Positions 1-10,618 of a DNA stretch of 64,000 bases are shown here, piece after piece (the first letter of the stretch is position 1; the number at the start of each line of letters is the position of its first letter). The notes below the pieces were generated by a model, which saw only the letters and a program-made list of their open reading frames with translations, made no database searches and was not told the DNA's origin. Source of the DNA: Pirellulales bacterium (GTDB lineage: Bacteria; Planctomycetota; Planctomycetia; Pirellulales; JADZDJ01); NCBI GenBank assembly GCA_963820835.1, contig CAWGBP010000014.1, forward strand, positions 5,715 through 69,714, written 5' to 3'. Made by a program: the position numbers and the translations under genes.

Positions 1-222
1 GAGCAAGAATTCCGCACGGTAGCGCTTCGGCATCCGATGCAAATAATCGACGAGGCGAGTTGCCGGCCCAACGCAGACGATTAGCACGCCCGTGGCCAGC
101 GGATCGAGCGTTCCTGCATGCCCGGCCTTTGCCGGCCGCACTAGCTTTTGGACTTGGTCCACGACCCGGCGCGATGTGACGCCGGCAGGTTTGTTGATGT
201 TCAGCAGTCCAAACGGCGTCAT
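1..222 (-). CDS. truB: tRNA pseudouridine(55) synthase TruB, N-terminal part (runs off the window)
   Basis: Manual translation MTPFGLLNINKPAGVTSRRVVDQVQKLVRPAKAGHAGTLDPLATGVLIVCVG has the TruB motifs KPxGxTS and GHAGTLDPLATGVL. Confidence 0.93.
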   Translation of the reverse strand, partial: MTPFGLLNINKPAGVTSRRVVDQVQKLVRPAKAGHAGTLDPLATGVLIVCVGPATRLVDYLHRMPKRYRAEFLL

Positions 223-233
223 TGTTAAGAGTC

Positions 234-1828
234 TCAAACGCCGCGAATGGAAATATCACATAACCTCGAAATCTCCTCCACCGACTTCTCCCCCAGATTA
301 CTAAACCGCAAACGCAGGGCCGCCGGGTCATCGACCGCCAAGCGTGCCAGCGACTGAAATTTGAAATCAAGCACGTCGTACAATTGCGGGTCTTGGTTGC
401 GCGCATGCCCCAGCGGATACATGATTAATCCGCTCGACAACGATCCCAGCCTGGAGTGCTCGATTTCCAGCGTGGTCGGAATTCCATCGGGATATTTGGC
501 ATCGTATTCGGGTCCACCATGGCGAAACTCAATCTTCTCCATCAATCGCCGCGTCGTTGGATCGATCAGCGCCGCATCGTCGTAATCCGCCGGCAAGAGC
601 ATCAAGTCTTTCCATCCTACCCGATTCGTCTCGAATCGCCTTTCGCAAGAGCGTGGCAATGATATAGACCATCGAATGATCGGCGCTTTGCCGCGTGTGC
701 GGATCGCGCTTTGCCGGGTCGCCAATGATATGAAACGCCGGCTCGTAAATCGTAATGCGCACCGCTCGAATATCGTCTGCACTTTCTACCAGCGCGCTAT
801 GGCGGTTCAGCAAATCGATCAAGCCTTGAATGGCGCCGGCCGATTGATGTTCATACAGCCCCAGCTTGAAATGCATGCCCATGATCGCAAAATCGTCTCC
901 GCCGGCCCCCAGTACCAGCTCGAACGGGCTGCAATTCTTTCGCTGGGGCTTCTCGAACAAACAAAAAACTGCTTCCGGATTACGAAACACATCGGCCGGT
1001 CCCACGAAGCCGCGCATCGCGCTGGGCGCTCAAAACGGCTACCTCGGTGCTAATCGCCGCCGAGGCTCCCTTGGAATCCGACAATTGCTTGCCGTGGCGA
1101 ATCGCCCGAAACGGCACGTAGTGCGCGACGACCATGCCGATAGCCGATTCGATTTTGTCGACCGTCGCGCCACACATTGCGCCATAAACGGCGGCCGATG
1201 CAATCGCTCCGTGCAGCACGTGGTCGATTTTGTACGACTTAAGCGAAAACACTTCCGCCAGCCGGCCGCGAATTTCGTCAATGGCCAGCATGCCGCGCAG
1301 CGCCGTCGTCCCGTCCAACCCGCACTGCTGCGCAGCCGCAATCGCCACGGGATAGTAATCATTGTGGCCAAATTCGCCCGCCGTGTGCCCGCGCGCCGGA
1401 TCGTAGCCGAAATTTGTGCCGTTGGAGTCCCACTCACGCACTGCCGAAGAGTTGGCGACCACAGCCTTTTCCGGCTTCACTCTGAGCGCTGAGCCGAAAC
1501 ACGTCGCGCCGCGGAGTTGTTTAACCCCGTCGCCGCCCGATCGTCCCCTCTCCCGTTGCGAGATTGGGGCCGGGGATGAGGGGATCTGACCCCCTTCCCA
1601 TCGATACTCCAAAGCCTCCTGCCGCAGCACCATTGGCGCATTGCACTTGCATGCCAGGGCCGAGACCCCGCACGCCACGCTATCGATATGAAACCGCTGG
1701 AGCCGCTGCCAAACGCGCTGGTCAACCGCCGCCGCATACTTCCCGGTGACAAAATCGATCGCATACTCGGCAATCCCTCGCGCCTGATTCGATTCGGCCG
1801 GTAATGTGATGAATTGAGTCACAGCCAT
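234..1828 (-). CDS. prpD: MmgE/PrpD family protein (2-methylcitrate dehydratase-like), split by two frameshifts
   Basis: ORFs 980-1861, 529-1017 and 234-782 join into one protein: REWDSNGT, GHNDYYP, SDSKGASAA, HFKLGLYEHQSAGA, TRQSADHSM, YPDGIP. Confidence 0.85.
1544..1584. repeat. CCCTCTCCC...GAGGGG-type REP-like palindrome inside prpD
   Basis: tcccctc-tcccgttgcgagattggggccggggat-gagggga; encodes the extra peptide IPSSPAPISQRERG. Confidence 0.55.
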
Positions 1829-1922
1829 TCTCATCAGGGTCTTGACCAGCAACGCCCACAAACTGCAATTTCCGCGTTACAATGCATAATTGAGTAATCC
1901 ATTTTACGCCGACGGGCACACC

Positions 1923-3971
1923 ATGCAATTCGAGCGCCTCGGACCCTACAAAATCGGCAAACGCCTCGGCCGTGGAGGCATGGGCGCAGTATTCGAAGGT
2001 ACCGACGCCGAAACCGGTCAAGCCGCCGCCGTCAAAGTGCTCAATGCGCACCTGGCCGACGATGCCGGCTTCCGAGAGCGCTTTGAAATGGAAATTGAGA
2101 CGCTCAAAAAGCTCCAGCATCCCAACATCGTGCGCATGCTCGGCTACGGCGAGCACGACGGCTACTTGTTTTATGTCATGGAGCTTATCAAAGGCCGCAG
2201 CGTCGAGGAAGAATTGCAAGCGGGCCGCCGCTTCACTTGGCGCGAAGTGGTTCACGATGCGGTGAAACTCAGCAAGGCCCTGCGCCACGCGCACGATCAC
2301 GGTGTGATTCATCGCGATATAAAACCCGCGAACATATTGCTCACCGAAGACGACGACGTGAAGCTTACCGATTTCGGCATTGCGCGGCTGTTTGGGAACA
2401 CACAGATTACGATGGAAGGTGGGCTTGTCGGCACGGCGGAATATATGTCGCCCGAGCAGGCCGCCGGTGATCGGGTTACGCCGCAGAGCGATTTATATAG
2501 CTTGGGGGGCGTGATGTTCGCCATGCTTGCCGGCCGCCCGCCGTTTCGCGGCGGGTCGCTGGGGGAAATGTTGCAAAAACAGAGCTTCGAGCCGCCGCCG
2601 CCGGTCACGCGCTACGCCCGCGATGTTCCTGCCGAAGTCGAGGAGGCGATTACGCGATTGCTTTCGAAAGACCCGCATTCGCGCGCCACAAACGCCTTGA
2701 TTCTTAGCCGGCAGCTTGCGGCCATGGAGCATGGCCTGTCGCTCATGGCAAACCGTCCCGGCGAAAACCAAGCAGGTGTAAAAGGGCCCGCCGATAAGAC
2801 GCAAGTCGGAACCGGCATTAAGCCCGCACCGTCGAATCGCACGGTGAGCGATAAGGTCGAACCGGCCGATCCCTTCGAAGCCACTCAAATTGTCGAATCA
2901 ATTCCCCCAGCGCCATTGCGCAGACGGTGATGCCGCTGGCTCTCTCCCGCCGGACGAGGGGCGTGGCGAAAGGGTGGTTCCTTCCTTGCTTTCTGCCGGT
3001 GGTAATGGGGCCGATCCTGTCCGAGATCGCACCGCGATCCCCGACGACGCGCCAAGCGCTGCCAGCGCTCGGAAGTACGTTCCGCCCATCTCTTCGCCCG
3101 CAGTCAGACCGGCGCCGCGCAATCGCCGGGCGACGAAGAAGGCTTGGAACCGTTGCCGCTCCCGGCCGCACCAGCCACTACGATCGAGAATCGTTTTGTA
3201 ACTCTCGAGGAAGAGCGCCGCCGCCGCGCAGAACAAGATCTCGCCTCCGACGAGCGCCCGGCCATATTGCAAATTGCTGTGCTCGCAATGCTCTTGTTTG
3301 CGACCATCGGCGTTCTGTGGTACTTCATGCAGCCCCCTTCGGCCGACAAGCTCTACGGCCGAATTGTCGCTGCGGCGCAAGATGAAGATCCCGTGGCTCT
3401 CATGGGCGAGCAGGACGACGTACGCAATTTTCTGGATCGCTTCCCAAACGACCCGCGGGCCGGCGATATCAGGCACTATCAAGATGAAATCGAGTTGGAA
3501 CGGTTGGAGCAGCGTTTTCACATCCGCGCTCGCTTCCCCGGTCGTGAAGATCAGCTCACCCCGGTCGAGCACGATTACCTCGAGGCCGTGAGCTATGAAA
3601 CGAGCGATCCCCAGCAGGCCGCCGACAAGCTCCGGGCGCTCGTGCAACTGTACGGCCCCGCGGCACAATCGTCCGACCATACCAAACTGTGTGTGGAATT
3701 GGCCCAGCGCAAATTGGAAAGCTTTCAAAGTGAATTGGCCAAAGATGTCGCGGATAGAAAAAAAGTCCTAGACGCCAGCCTGCGGCGAGCCGAGCAAGTG
3801 CGAATAAAAGATCCGGCCGAAGCCCGCTCTATCTGGCAAAGCATTGTAGAATTGTACGGCAATAAATCGTGGGCGGCCGACGGCGTGGCCAAAGCCAAAG
3901 CTGCGCTGTCTCAAAGCACCGCCCAGCAACCGGCAACTCCAGCAAGCGATCATACGACCGACGTGCGCTAG
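1923..3971 (+). CDS. Membrane-anchored Ser/Thr protein kinase (two compensating frameshifts at about 2915 and 3105)
   Basis: LGRGGMGAV, AAVKVL, HRDIKPAN, DFG and GTAEYMSPE motifs; TM helix and helical C-terminal domain in ORF 3144-3971 (same frame). Confidence 0.88.
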
Positions 3972-4006
3972 ATCACCTCTTCACCTCTTCACCTAGTCAT
4001 CCGTTC

Positions 4007-5005
4007 ATGCCCGATCCTGCCTTCCCCACGACTCGCCTTCGCCGTTTGCGCTATCATCCGCTGGTGCGCGAACTCGTGCGCGAAGTTCGGCTGGCGCCAT
4101 CGAATTTCATTTTGCCCATTTTCGTCCGCGCGGGCCGCAACGCGAAACAAGAAATCGCCTCCATGCCCGGGCACTTTCAACTTTCGGTGGATCGGCTGGC
4201 CGAGGAAGCTAAAACCATCGCCGACCTGGGGTTGAGTGGCGTACTGGTCTTCGGCATTCCCGAAAAGAAAGACGCGATTGGCACCGACTCCTACAGCGAC
4301 GCGGGCATTGTGCAGCAAGCCGCTGGCGCCCTCAAGCAAGCCGCCCCCAACTTGCTGGTCATCACCGACGTTTGCTTCTGCGAATACACTGATCATGGCC
4401 ATTGTGGCGTGCTCAATGAAAAAACGGGCTGCATGGATGTCGACAACGATGCCACGCTTGAACTACTCGCCAGGCAAGCCGTCAGCCACGCTAAAGCCGG
4501 CGCCGACGTTGTCGCTCCCAGCGGCATGATGGATGGCATGGTGGCCGCCATTCGCCGCGGTCTCGACGCCGCCTCTCTCGCGCACGTTCCGATCATGAGC
4601 TATGCAGCCAAGTTCTCAAGCGCCTTCTATGGGCCATTTCGCGAGGCGGCTGAAAGCGCGCCGGCTTTCGGCGATCGCCGCAGCTATCAAATGGATCCCG
4701 CCGCCGGGGCAGGCCAAGCGCTGCGCGAAGTCGAGCTCGATTTGCGCGAAGGGGCCGACATTGTCATGGTCAAGCCGGCCCTGGCATATCTCGATGTCAT
4801 CAGTCAGGTGCGTTCGTCGTTCCCCGGCGTCCCGCTGGCGGCATACAACGTCTCCGGCGAATTCAGCATGGCTAAAGCGGCCGCCGCCAAGGGTTGGATC
4901 GATGAAAAAGCTGTCGCCCTGGAAATGCTAACCGCCATTCGCCGCGCCGGCGCGAGCATCATCGTTACGTACTGGGCCAAAGAAGCGGCCGTGTGGGTTC
5001 GCTAG
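4007..5005 (+). CDS. hemB: Porphobilinogen synthase (delta-aminolevulinate dehydratase)
   Basis: DVCFCEYTDHGHCG, APSGMMDG, SAFYGPFREA, MVKPA and AYNVSGE motifs. Confidence 0.96.
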   Translation: MPDPAFPTTRLRRLRYHPLVRELVREVRLAPSNFILPIFVRAGRNAKQEIASMPGHFQLSVDRLAEEAKTIADLGLSGVLVFGIPEKKDAIGTDSYSDAGIVQQAAGALKQAAPNLLVITDVCFCEYTDHGHCGVLNEKTGCMDVDNDATLELLARQAVSHAKAGADVVAPSGMMDGMVAAIRRGLDAASLAHVPIMSYAAKFSSAFYGPFREAAESAPAFGDRRSYQMDPAAGAGQALREVELDLREGADIVMVKPALAYLDVISQVRSSFPGVPLAAYNVSGEFSMAKAAAAKGWIDEKAVALEMLTAIRRAGASIIVTYWAKEAAVWVR

Positions 5006-5044
5006 CCGGTTTCGCGTCGATCGGCCGCTCTAATGTACCCGCCG

Positions 5045-6589
5045 TCACGTCCGAAATCGTGGCAGGAACAGATCGAATTGCGAGCCGTGCTTCGAAGGCG
5101 CCGAACATTCGATCCAGCCTTGCAATTGCTCGACAATCGCCGCGACTAGCGACAGGCCCAACTGCACCAAATGATTGGCGGGTTTGGCGCCAAAGCTATT
5201 GATGCCAAACGTGGAATCGAACAACAGCGCCCGCATCGTCGGCTTCATGCCTTTGCCGCTGTCGCCAATTCGCAATCGCACGAACTCGCCGGCACGGCTG
5301 CCGTGGTGCTCGTCGACGTCGGCAGCTGCAATGGTGACGTTTTCGGCTTCGATGCACCAGCTCCCGCCGCGCGGCATGGCATCTTGAGAGTTCAGCGCCA
5401 ATTCCAAAAGCGCCTGCCCCAAGAGCAGCTCATCGGCGGCGACGTCCCATAAATCGGCCGCGGGCTTGTATGCCAGGGCAATATTGGCGTTCATACGCGG
5501 CGATATTTCACGCAAGAACTTCGGCAGAAACAGGCCCAAATCGAGTTCCTTCATTTGTCCCGTCGGACGACCGGCAAGCGACGAGAACATCGTCAATCGT
5601 TGTGCCAACTCAGCGGCTTGCTGCGCGGCAAGTTCGACTTGTTCGAGCCGCCGATGCGTATCGCTTTGCTCTTGAACTTCAGTCAGCGCAAGCGATGTGT
5701 TGGTCAGTATGCCGCTGAGCAAATTCGTTAACGGATGTGCCAATCCGCCGGCTAAGCGGCTAATGGCTTCCATCTTTTGAGCGCGCTCTTTGCGCTGGTC
5801 AATCTGGCGGCGGAGGCGATCGACTTCCAATCGCCCGCTGATGTTTCGCAAAGTCAACACTGCGCCCAATAGCTCTCCTCGCGAATCGCGAATCGGCGAA
5901 ATCGTCCCTTCGATGGGCTCGCCTCCGCCCGAGGTCGAAATCGCCCAAGCCGTATCGGGCAAATCGGTTCGAGCGCCCGTCGTTGCAACCTTATCGAGCA
6001 GGTCATCCAGGGGAATTGCTCCTCCGGCCGAAACCAGGTTGCAAACCGCCATCACGCTTTGTCCGACCGCGGCATCGCTCAACCAACCGGTCATGTCTTC
6101 CGCGGCCCGATTCATAAATCGGATCTTCTTCGTCGGATCCAAGGCGATGATCGACTCGTTGATCCCGTTGTGAATCGCCGCCAGCCAACGCTCGGTCTCC
6201 TCCAGTTTTTGTTCCGCGCGGTGCTTGGCAACGGCCATTTCGATAGTCGTCTGCAACTCGCGCTCTTCATAGGGCTTGATCAAGTAGCCAAATGCCTCGG
6301 TTTCGCTTGCCCGCGCCACCGTATCCGGATCGGAAAACGCCGACATGTAGACGACCGGAACTCCAAATTGCTTGCGAATGCTGCGCACCGCCGCAACGCC
6401 ATCGGAATTTCCCTTCAAATGGATATCCATGAGCACCAGATCGGGCCGATGGCGCCGGGCTTTTTCAATCGCCTCGGCCGCGGAGGAGGCAATGCCCGAT
6501 ACTTCGTATCCAAATTGCTCCAGCTCATTTTGAATTGCGGTGGCCACTAAGCGCTCGTCTTCGACCACTAGAATTTGAGTTGCCGACAT
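5045..6589 (-). CDS. Receiver-PAS-histidine kinase-like hybrid protein
   Basis: N-terminal REC (ILVVEDE, DLVLMDI, YLIKPY), PAS, H-box LAGGLAH, HATPase with D-x-G-x-G; G2 box degenerate. Confidence 0.88.
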   Translation of the reverse strand: MSATQILVVEDERLVATAIQNELEQFGYEVSGIASSAAEAIEKARRHRPDLVLMDIHLKGNSDGVAAVRSIRKQFGVPVVYMSAFSDPDTVARASETEAFGYLIKPYEERELQTTIEMAVAKHRAEQKLEETERWLAAIHNGINESIIALDPTKKIRFMNRAAEDMTGWLSDAAVGQSVMAVCNLVSAGGAIPLDDLLDKVATTGARTDLPDTAWAISTSGGGEPIEGTISPIRDSRGELLGAVLTLRNISGRLEVDRLRRQIDQRKERAQKMEAISRLAGGLAHPLTNLLSGILTNTSLALTEVQEQSDTHRRLEQVELAAQQAAELAQRLTMFSSLAGRPTGQMKELDLGLFLPKFLREISPRMNANIALAYKPAADLWDVAADELLLGQALLELALNSQDAMPRGGSWCIEAENVTIAAADVDEHHGSRAGEFVRLRIGDSGKGMKPTMRALLFDSTFGINSFGAKPANHLVQLGLSLVAAIVEQLQGWIECSAPSKHGSQFDLFLPRFRT

Positions 6590-6623
6590 GGGTACACCTT
6601 TTCGTGATATAAAATAAATGAAT

Positions 6624-7760
6624 TCAGTTCTTTTCTGAGAATGCTATTTGCGCACGCGTGCCGTGCTGATTCGACCATTGCAGCTCTCCACCCAACTGAT
6701 CACACAGCGCCTGCACAATCGCCAGCCCAATGCCGCTTTGGCGCGGTGCTTCGTTCGGCGTAAAGCCGACGCCATCGTCGGCAACGGATAAACACAATTG
6801 GCCGTTCTGGCGATGCAGCTCGACTCGAACCTCGCCCGATTTCCCATTGGGGAACGCGTATTTCAGCGCGTTGGAAACCAATTCATTGACGACGAGTGCA
6901 CAGGGTACAAGCTGATCGATGTTCAGCGTTGTTTGATCGACCGAGACAGTGCAAGTGACGTTTCCCGCCCCGCCGTAATACGATCGCAATAGCTCTTGCG
7001 TCAATTGTTTGAAATATGCCGCCAGATCGATCTCGGTGAGGTTCGGCGCGCCGTACAATCGCTGATGAACCATCGCAATCGCTCGCACCCGATGCTGGCA
7101 CTCCTTAAACACGTCGCGCGATGCGCGATCTTGAATTTTGCTGCCTTGCAAGCTGAGCAAACTGGTGATGATCTGCAAATTGTTTTTGACGCGATGATTG
7201 AGCTCGCGAATGAGTATTTCCTTCTCTTTGAGCGATAATTCCATGTGGCCCAGCGCCACGCGCAGCTTGCCTTCCGATTCGATCAGCGCCGCCGCCGCCG
7301 CCTCACGATCGCCAATCTCCCGCCGCAGCGATTGATTCGCCGTGGCAAGTTCCGCGGTGCGCTGCTGTACGCGAGCGTCGAGCACGCTGTTGGCCTCTTG
7401 CAAGCGCAGCGCAATGTGTTGGTACCTGTCCTGCAAATAGCAAATTAAAAGTGCGACGAACCCAAAAATGAGAAACCGCGTCAGGTCGGCAACGTCCAAC
7501 AAAATAGAGAAGACCGGCGGGATGATGAAAAAATCGACAGCGAGCGTCGAAACAACTGTCGCCAATACTGCCGGCCCTTTTCCGCACCACCAGGCGACCG
7601 CAGCAATCGCAGCAAAGTACAAATCGGTGGGCGCTTCGTGCAGTGGGGGCAAATAAAATGTCAGCGCAGTCGCCGCCGCCACTGCCAGAACACTCACGGA
7701 ATACGCCAAATACGGGCGCTCCCGCAATTGCCCCATCTGAACCGTGGCGGTTAGGTTCAT
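6624..7760 (-). CDS. Membrane sensor histidine kinase (DUF4118-like TM region, HisKA_2/HWE-type)
   Basis: ELNHRVKNNLQII H-box, NELVSNALKYAF, DDGVG, GIGL; four N-terminal TM helices. Confidence 0.9.
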   Translation of the reverse strand: MNLTATVQMGQLRERPYLAYSVSVLAVAAATALTFYLPPLHEAPTDLYFAAIAAVAWWCGKGPAVLATVVSTLAVDFFIIPPVFSILLDVADLTRFLIFGFVALLICYLQDRYQHIALRLQEANSVLDARVQQRTAELATANQSLRREIGDREAAAAALIESEGKLRVALGHMELSLKEKEILIRELNHRVKNNLQIITSLLSLQGSKIQDRASRDVFKECQHRVRAIAMVHQRLYGAPNLTEIDLAAYFKQLTQELLRSYYGGAGNVTCTVSVDQTTLNIDQLVPCALVVNELVSNALKYAFPNGKSGEVRVELHRQNGQLCLSVADDGVGFTPNEAPRQSGIGLAIVQALCDQLGGELQWSNQHGTRAQIAFSEKN

Positions 7761-8171
7761 AATGCACCCGCGGTTCGTTTGAGTTTTACAAACTCGGCGG
7801 CGACGGAACGAATACTTCGAATCTCCGCTCGGCAGTTCAGCCTGACACGAGGTTCGACTGGCTTCAAGAGCTTATTTCGGAGAGCTGTCGATTCGAAGGA
7901 TTGTTGCAATCGCCAATTCTTGAGCACCGACCAATTTTAAGCGTCTCGGGAAGAGAAACGGGTTGAATGCGGTATTTGAGCGAGATACGACCAATCTACA
8001 CCCTAATACTTTTACGAAGCATATATTGGAGATGTTCACGACTGTGTTCAAACCCTACTGGAACGCTTGCTGCGCCGCGTTTTATAATCAAGGCAGCAGA
8101 TTCAGCGCGCTCCGCACCCTCCAGCCCGCCCCTCTCCCAACGAAAGACGGGGGAATGCCAAAGGATTCGTC

Positions 8172-8576
8172 ATGCCCGTGCAGATGGAATTGTCGCGGAT
8201 CATTATCAGCGAAATTAACGACCAGCAGGTTATTTACCTGAAAGAGGTCGAAGGCGATCGCACGTTTCCAATTCTCATCGGCATTTTCGAGGCAACCAGC
8301 ATCGACCGGCGCGTAAAGCAGCATCATTCGCCGCGGCCGCTGACGCACGATTTGCTCGTGAACATTGTCGATCAGCTCGGGGGCGAACTGCAGGATGTCG
8401 TAATCAGCGAACTGAAAGAGCACACGTACTTCGCGCTGATTCGTGTGCGCAAGGAAGGAGAACTGATTGAGATCGACGCCCGGCCGTCGGATGCCATCGC
8501 GGTGGCCGTGACGACCGATCCGCCGTTGCCGATTTACGTGGCGGAAGAAGTGCTCAACGACGTGCTGGGGGAATGA
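8172..8576 (+). CDS. Bifunctional nuclease family protein (DUF151)
   Basis: FPILIGIFEA, RPLTHDL and IDARPSDAIA motifs. Confidence 0.92.
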   Translation: MPVQMELSRIIISEINDQQVIYLKEVEGDRTFPILIGIFEATSIDRRVKQHHSPRPLTHDLLVNIVDQLGGELQDVVISELKEHTYFALIRVRKEGELIEIDARPSDAIAVAVTTDPPLPIYVAEEVLNDVLGE

Positions 8577-8662
8577 AAGCAGAAGGCAAAAAGCAGAAAG
8601 CAGAATAACAAAACACTGGCTGTGTGCAATTTCTGCCTTCTGCAGTCTGCCTTCTGCCTTTG
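8577..8662. repeat. Inverted pair of 7-bp tandem repeats (aagcaga)n / (ttctgcc)n between convergent genes; possible bidirectional terminator
   Basis: Direct reading; the 23-mer ttctgcagtctgccttctgcctt recurs exactly at 28786-28808. Confidence 0.7.
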
Positions 8663-8663
8663 G

Positions 8664-10431
8664 TCAATTGCGGGCGAAGGTTTTCTTCAAGCAGGCCAGC
8701 GCCGTTTGGCCGGCGTTGCCATCGACCAGCACGTTGACGCGGACTTCGCTCGTGCTCATTAGATCGACGTTGATGCCTGCATCCGAGAGCGAGCGGAACA
8801 AGCCCAGCGCCACGCCACTGTGGCTGCGCATGCCGATGCCTTGCACCGAAATCTTGTCAATCTTGGGCGAACTGGTCACCGGGCCGCACCCGGAATCGCG
8901 GGCAACTTTTTCGGCGATCTCTATGCTTTTGGCCAGGTTTTTTTCTGGCACGGTGAACGTAAGGTTCGCTTTGCCGGCGCGGCTGTAGCTTTGCACGATC
9001 ATATCGACAAAGATGCCGGCGGCGGCGATTTCTTTGAACAGCGTGGCCGCGGTACCGGGGCGATCGGGAATTTCGTCAATCGAAACACGGGCTTGGGCTT
9101 CGTCGAGCGAGATTTCGTCGATCGTCAAATCTTCCATGCCTTGCAGTTCGCGAACGATTTCGAGTTCGCTGGTGACGATGGCGTGCTGCGCCGGAATCGC
9201 CGGGCTTGCCGTTGCGCGGGTCCTTATCCAGACCAAATGCCGCATGCGCGGCTCGCAGCGCGGCGGCGGCTTGGTCGCGGGCCACGAGCACGCTGATTTT
9301 GATTTCGCTGGTCGTGATGGTTTCGATGTTCACACCGGCATCGCCCAGTGCCTGGAAGAATTTCTGAGCTACGCCGGTTTGCCGCGCCATGCCGAGACCG
9401 ACGACCGAAAGCTTCGCTACGTTGTCGTCGTGTGATACACCGCCGGCGCCCAACTCGGCCACAGCTTCGCGGGCGGCTTCCATAGTGATCGGCACATCAT
9501 CGCGCGGCACCGTGAACGAAATATCTGCCTTGCCGCCGGCGCTAACGTTTTGCACGATCATATCGACCGCAACATTGCGCTTGGCGATGCGCGAAAAAAT
9601 GGAATGGCTCATTCCGGGTTTGTCTGGCACTCCTTCGATGGTGATGCGGGCTTCGTCTTTCACTAGCGCCGCGCCGCACACTGGCTGTGTGGCCGATTCC
9701 GGATCGCCGACAATCATCGTGCCCGGCACGTCGCTAAAGCTCGATCGCACGTGTACTGGCACGCCGAACTTTTTGGCGAACTCGATCGAGCGGCCGTGCA
9801 TGACGCCCGCGCCGAGGCTGGCCAGCTCGAGCATTTCATCGTAGCTGATGCGTTTCATTCGACGGGCTTCGGGCAGTTGTCGAGGATCGGTCGTGTAAAC
9901 ACCATCGACGTCGGTATAAATTTCGCAGGTATCTGCCCGTAGCACGGCTGCTAAGGCGACGGCGGTTGTATCGCTGCCTCCGCGGCCCAGCGTTGTGATA
10001 TTGAAATTCTCGTCGATGCCCTGGAAGCCTGCGGCAATGACGATGTTTCCCTCGTCGAGCAGCTCACGCATACGCTCGGTCGAAATGGAATGAATGCGGG
10101 CTTTGGTGTGAGTGCTGTCGGTGCGAATGCCGATTTGAGCTCCGGTCAAGCTCACGGCTTTGTGCCCCAGCGATTGAATGGCCATGGCCATTAGGGCCAC
10201 GCTGACTTGCTCGCCGGTCGAGAGGAGCATGTCCATTTCGCGAGCGTTTGGGCGCTGGGTGATCTGCCCGGCTAAATCGACCAAATGATCCGTTTGATGC
10301 CCCATGGCGCTGACGACCATGACCACTTGGTTGCCCTGCTGCTGAGTGCGAATGGCTTTGCGAGCGGCGGCCAGAATTTTTTGGCTATCGGCAACGCTGG
10401 TTCCGCCGAATTTTTGAACAACGATGGGCAT
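8664..10431 (-). CDS. lysC: Aspartate kinase with multiple ACT domains (frameshift at about 9200)
   Basis: VQKFGGTSV, TTLGRGGSDTTA, YTDVDGVYTTDPR; ACT repeats continue in ORF 8664-9245. Confidence 0.93.
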
Positions 10432-10521
10432 GAAGCAGGGTTCAGGGGTCAGGGTTCAGGAATCAGAAATTTTGGCCGGTCGTCTTTATTATCGCTCGCG
10501 GTTTGGCAGTAAATTGCTAAG

Positions 10522-10618
10522 AGCGTCTGACAAAATGATCTGGGAGAGGGGGACAGTCCCATTTTGCTCCGCGGACTCCGCAAAATCGGGACGGTCCCCG
10601 ATCATTTTGTCAGACGCT
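10522..10618. repeat. 97-bp palindromic MITE/REP-like element
   Basis: Perfect 19-bp terminal inverted repeat agcgtctgacaaaatgatc / gatcattttgtcagacgct with inner stem ggggacagtcccattttgc...gcaaaatcgggacggtcccc. Confidence 0.8.
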
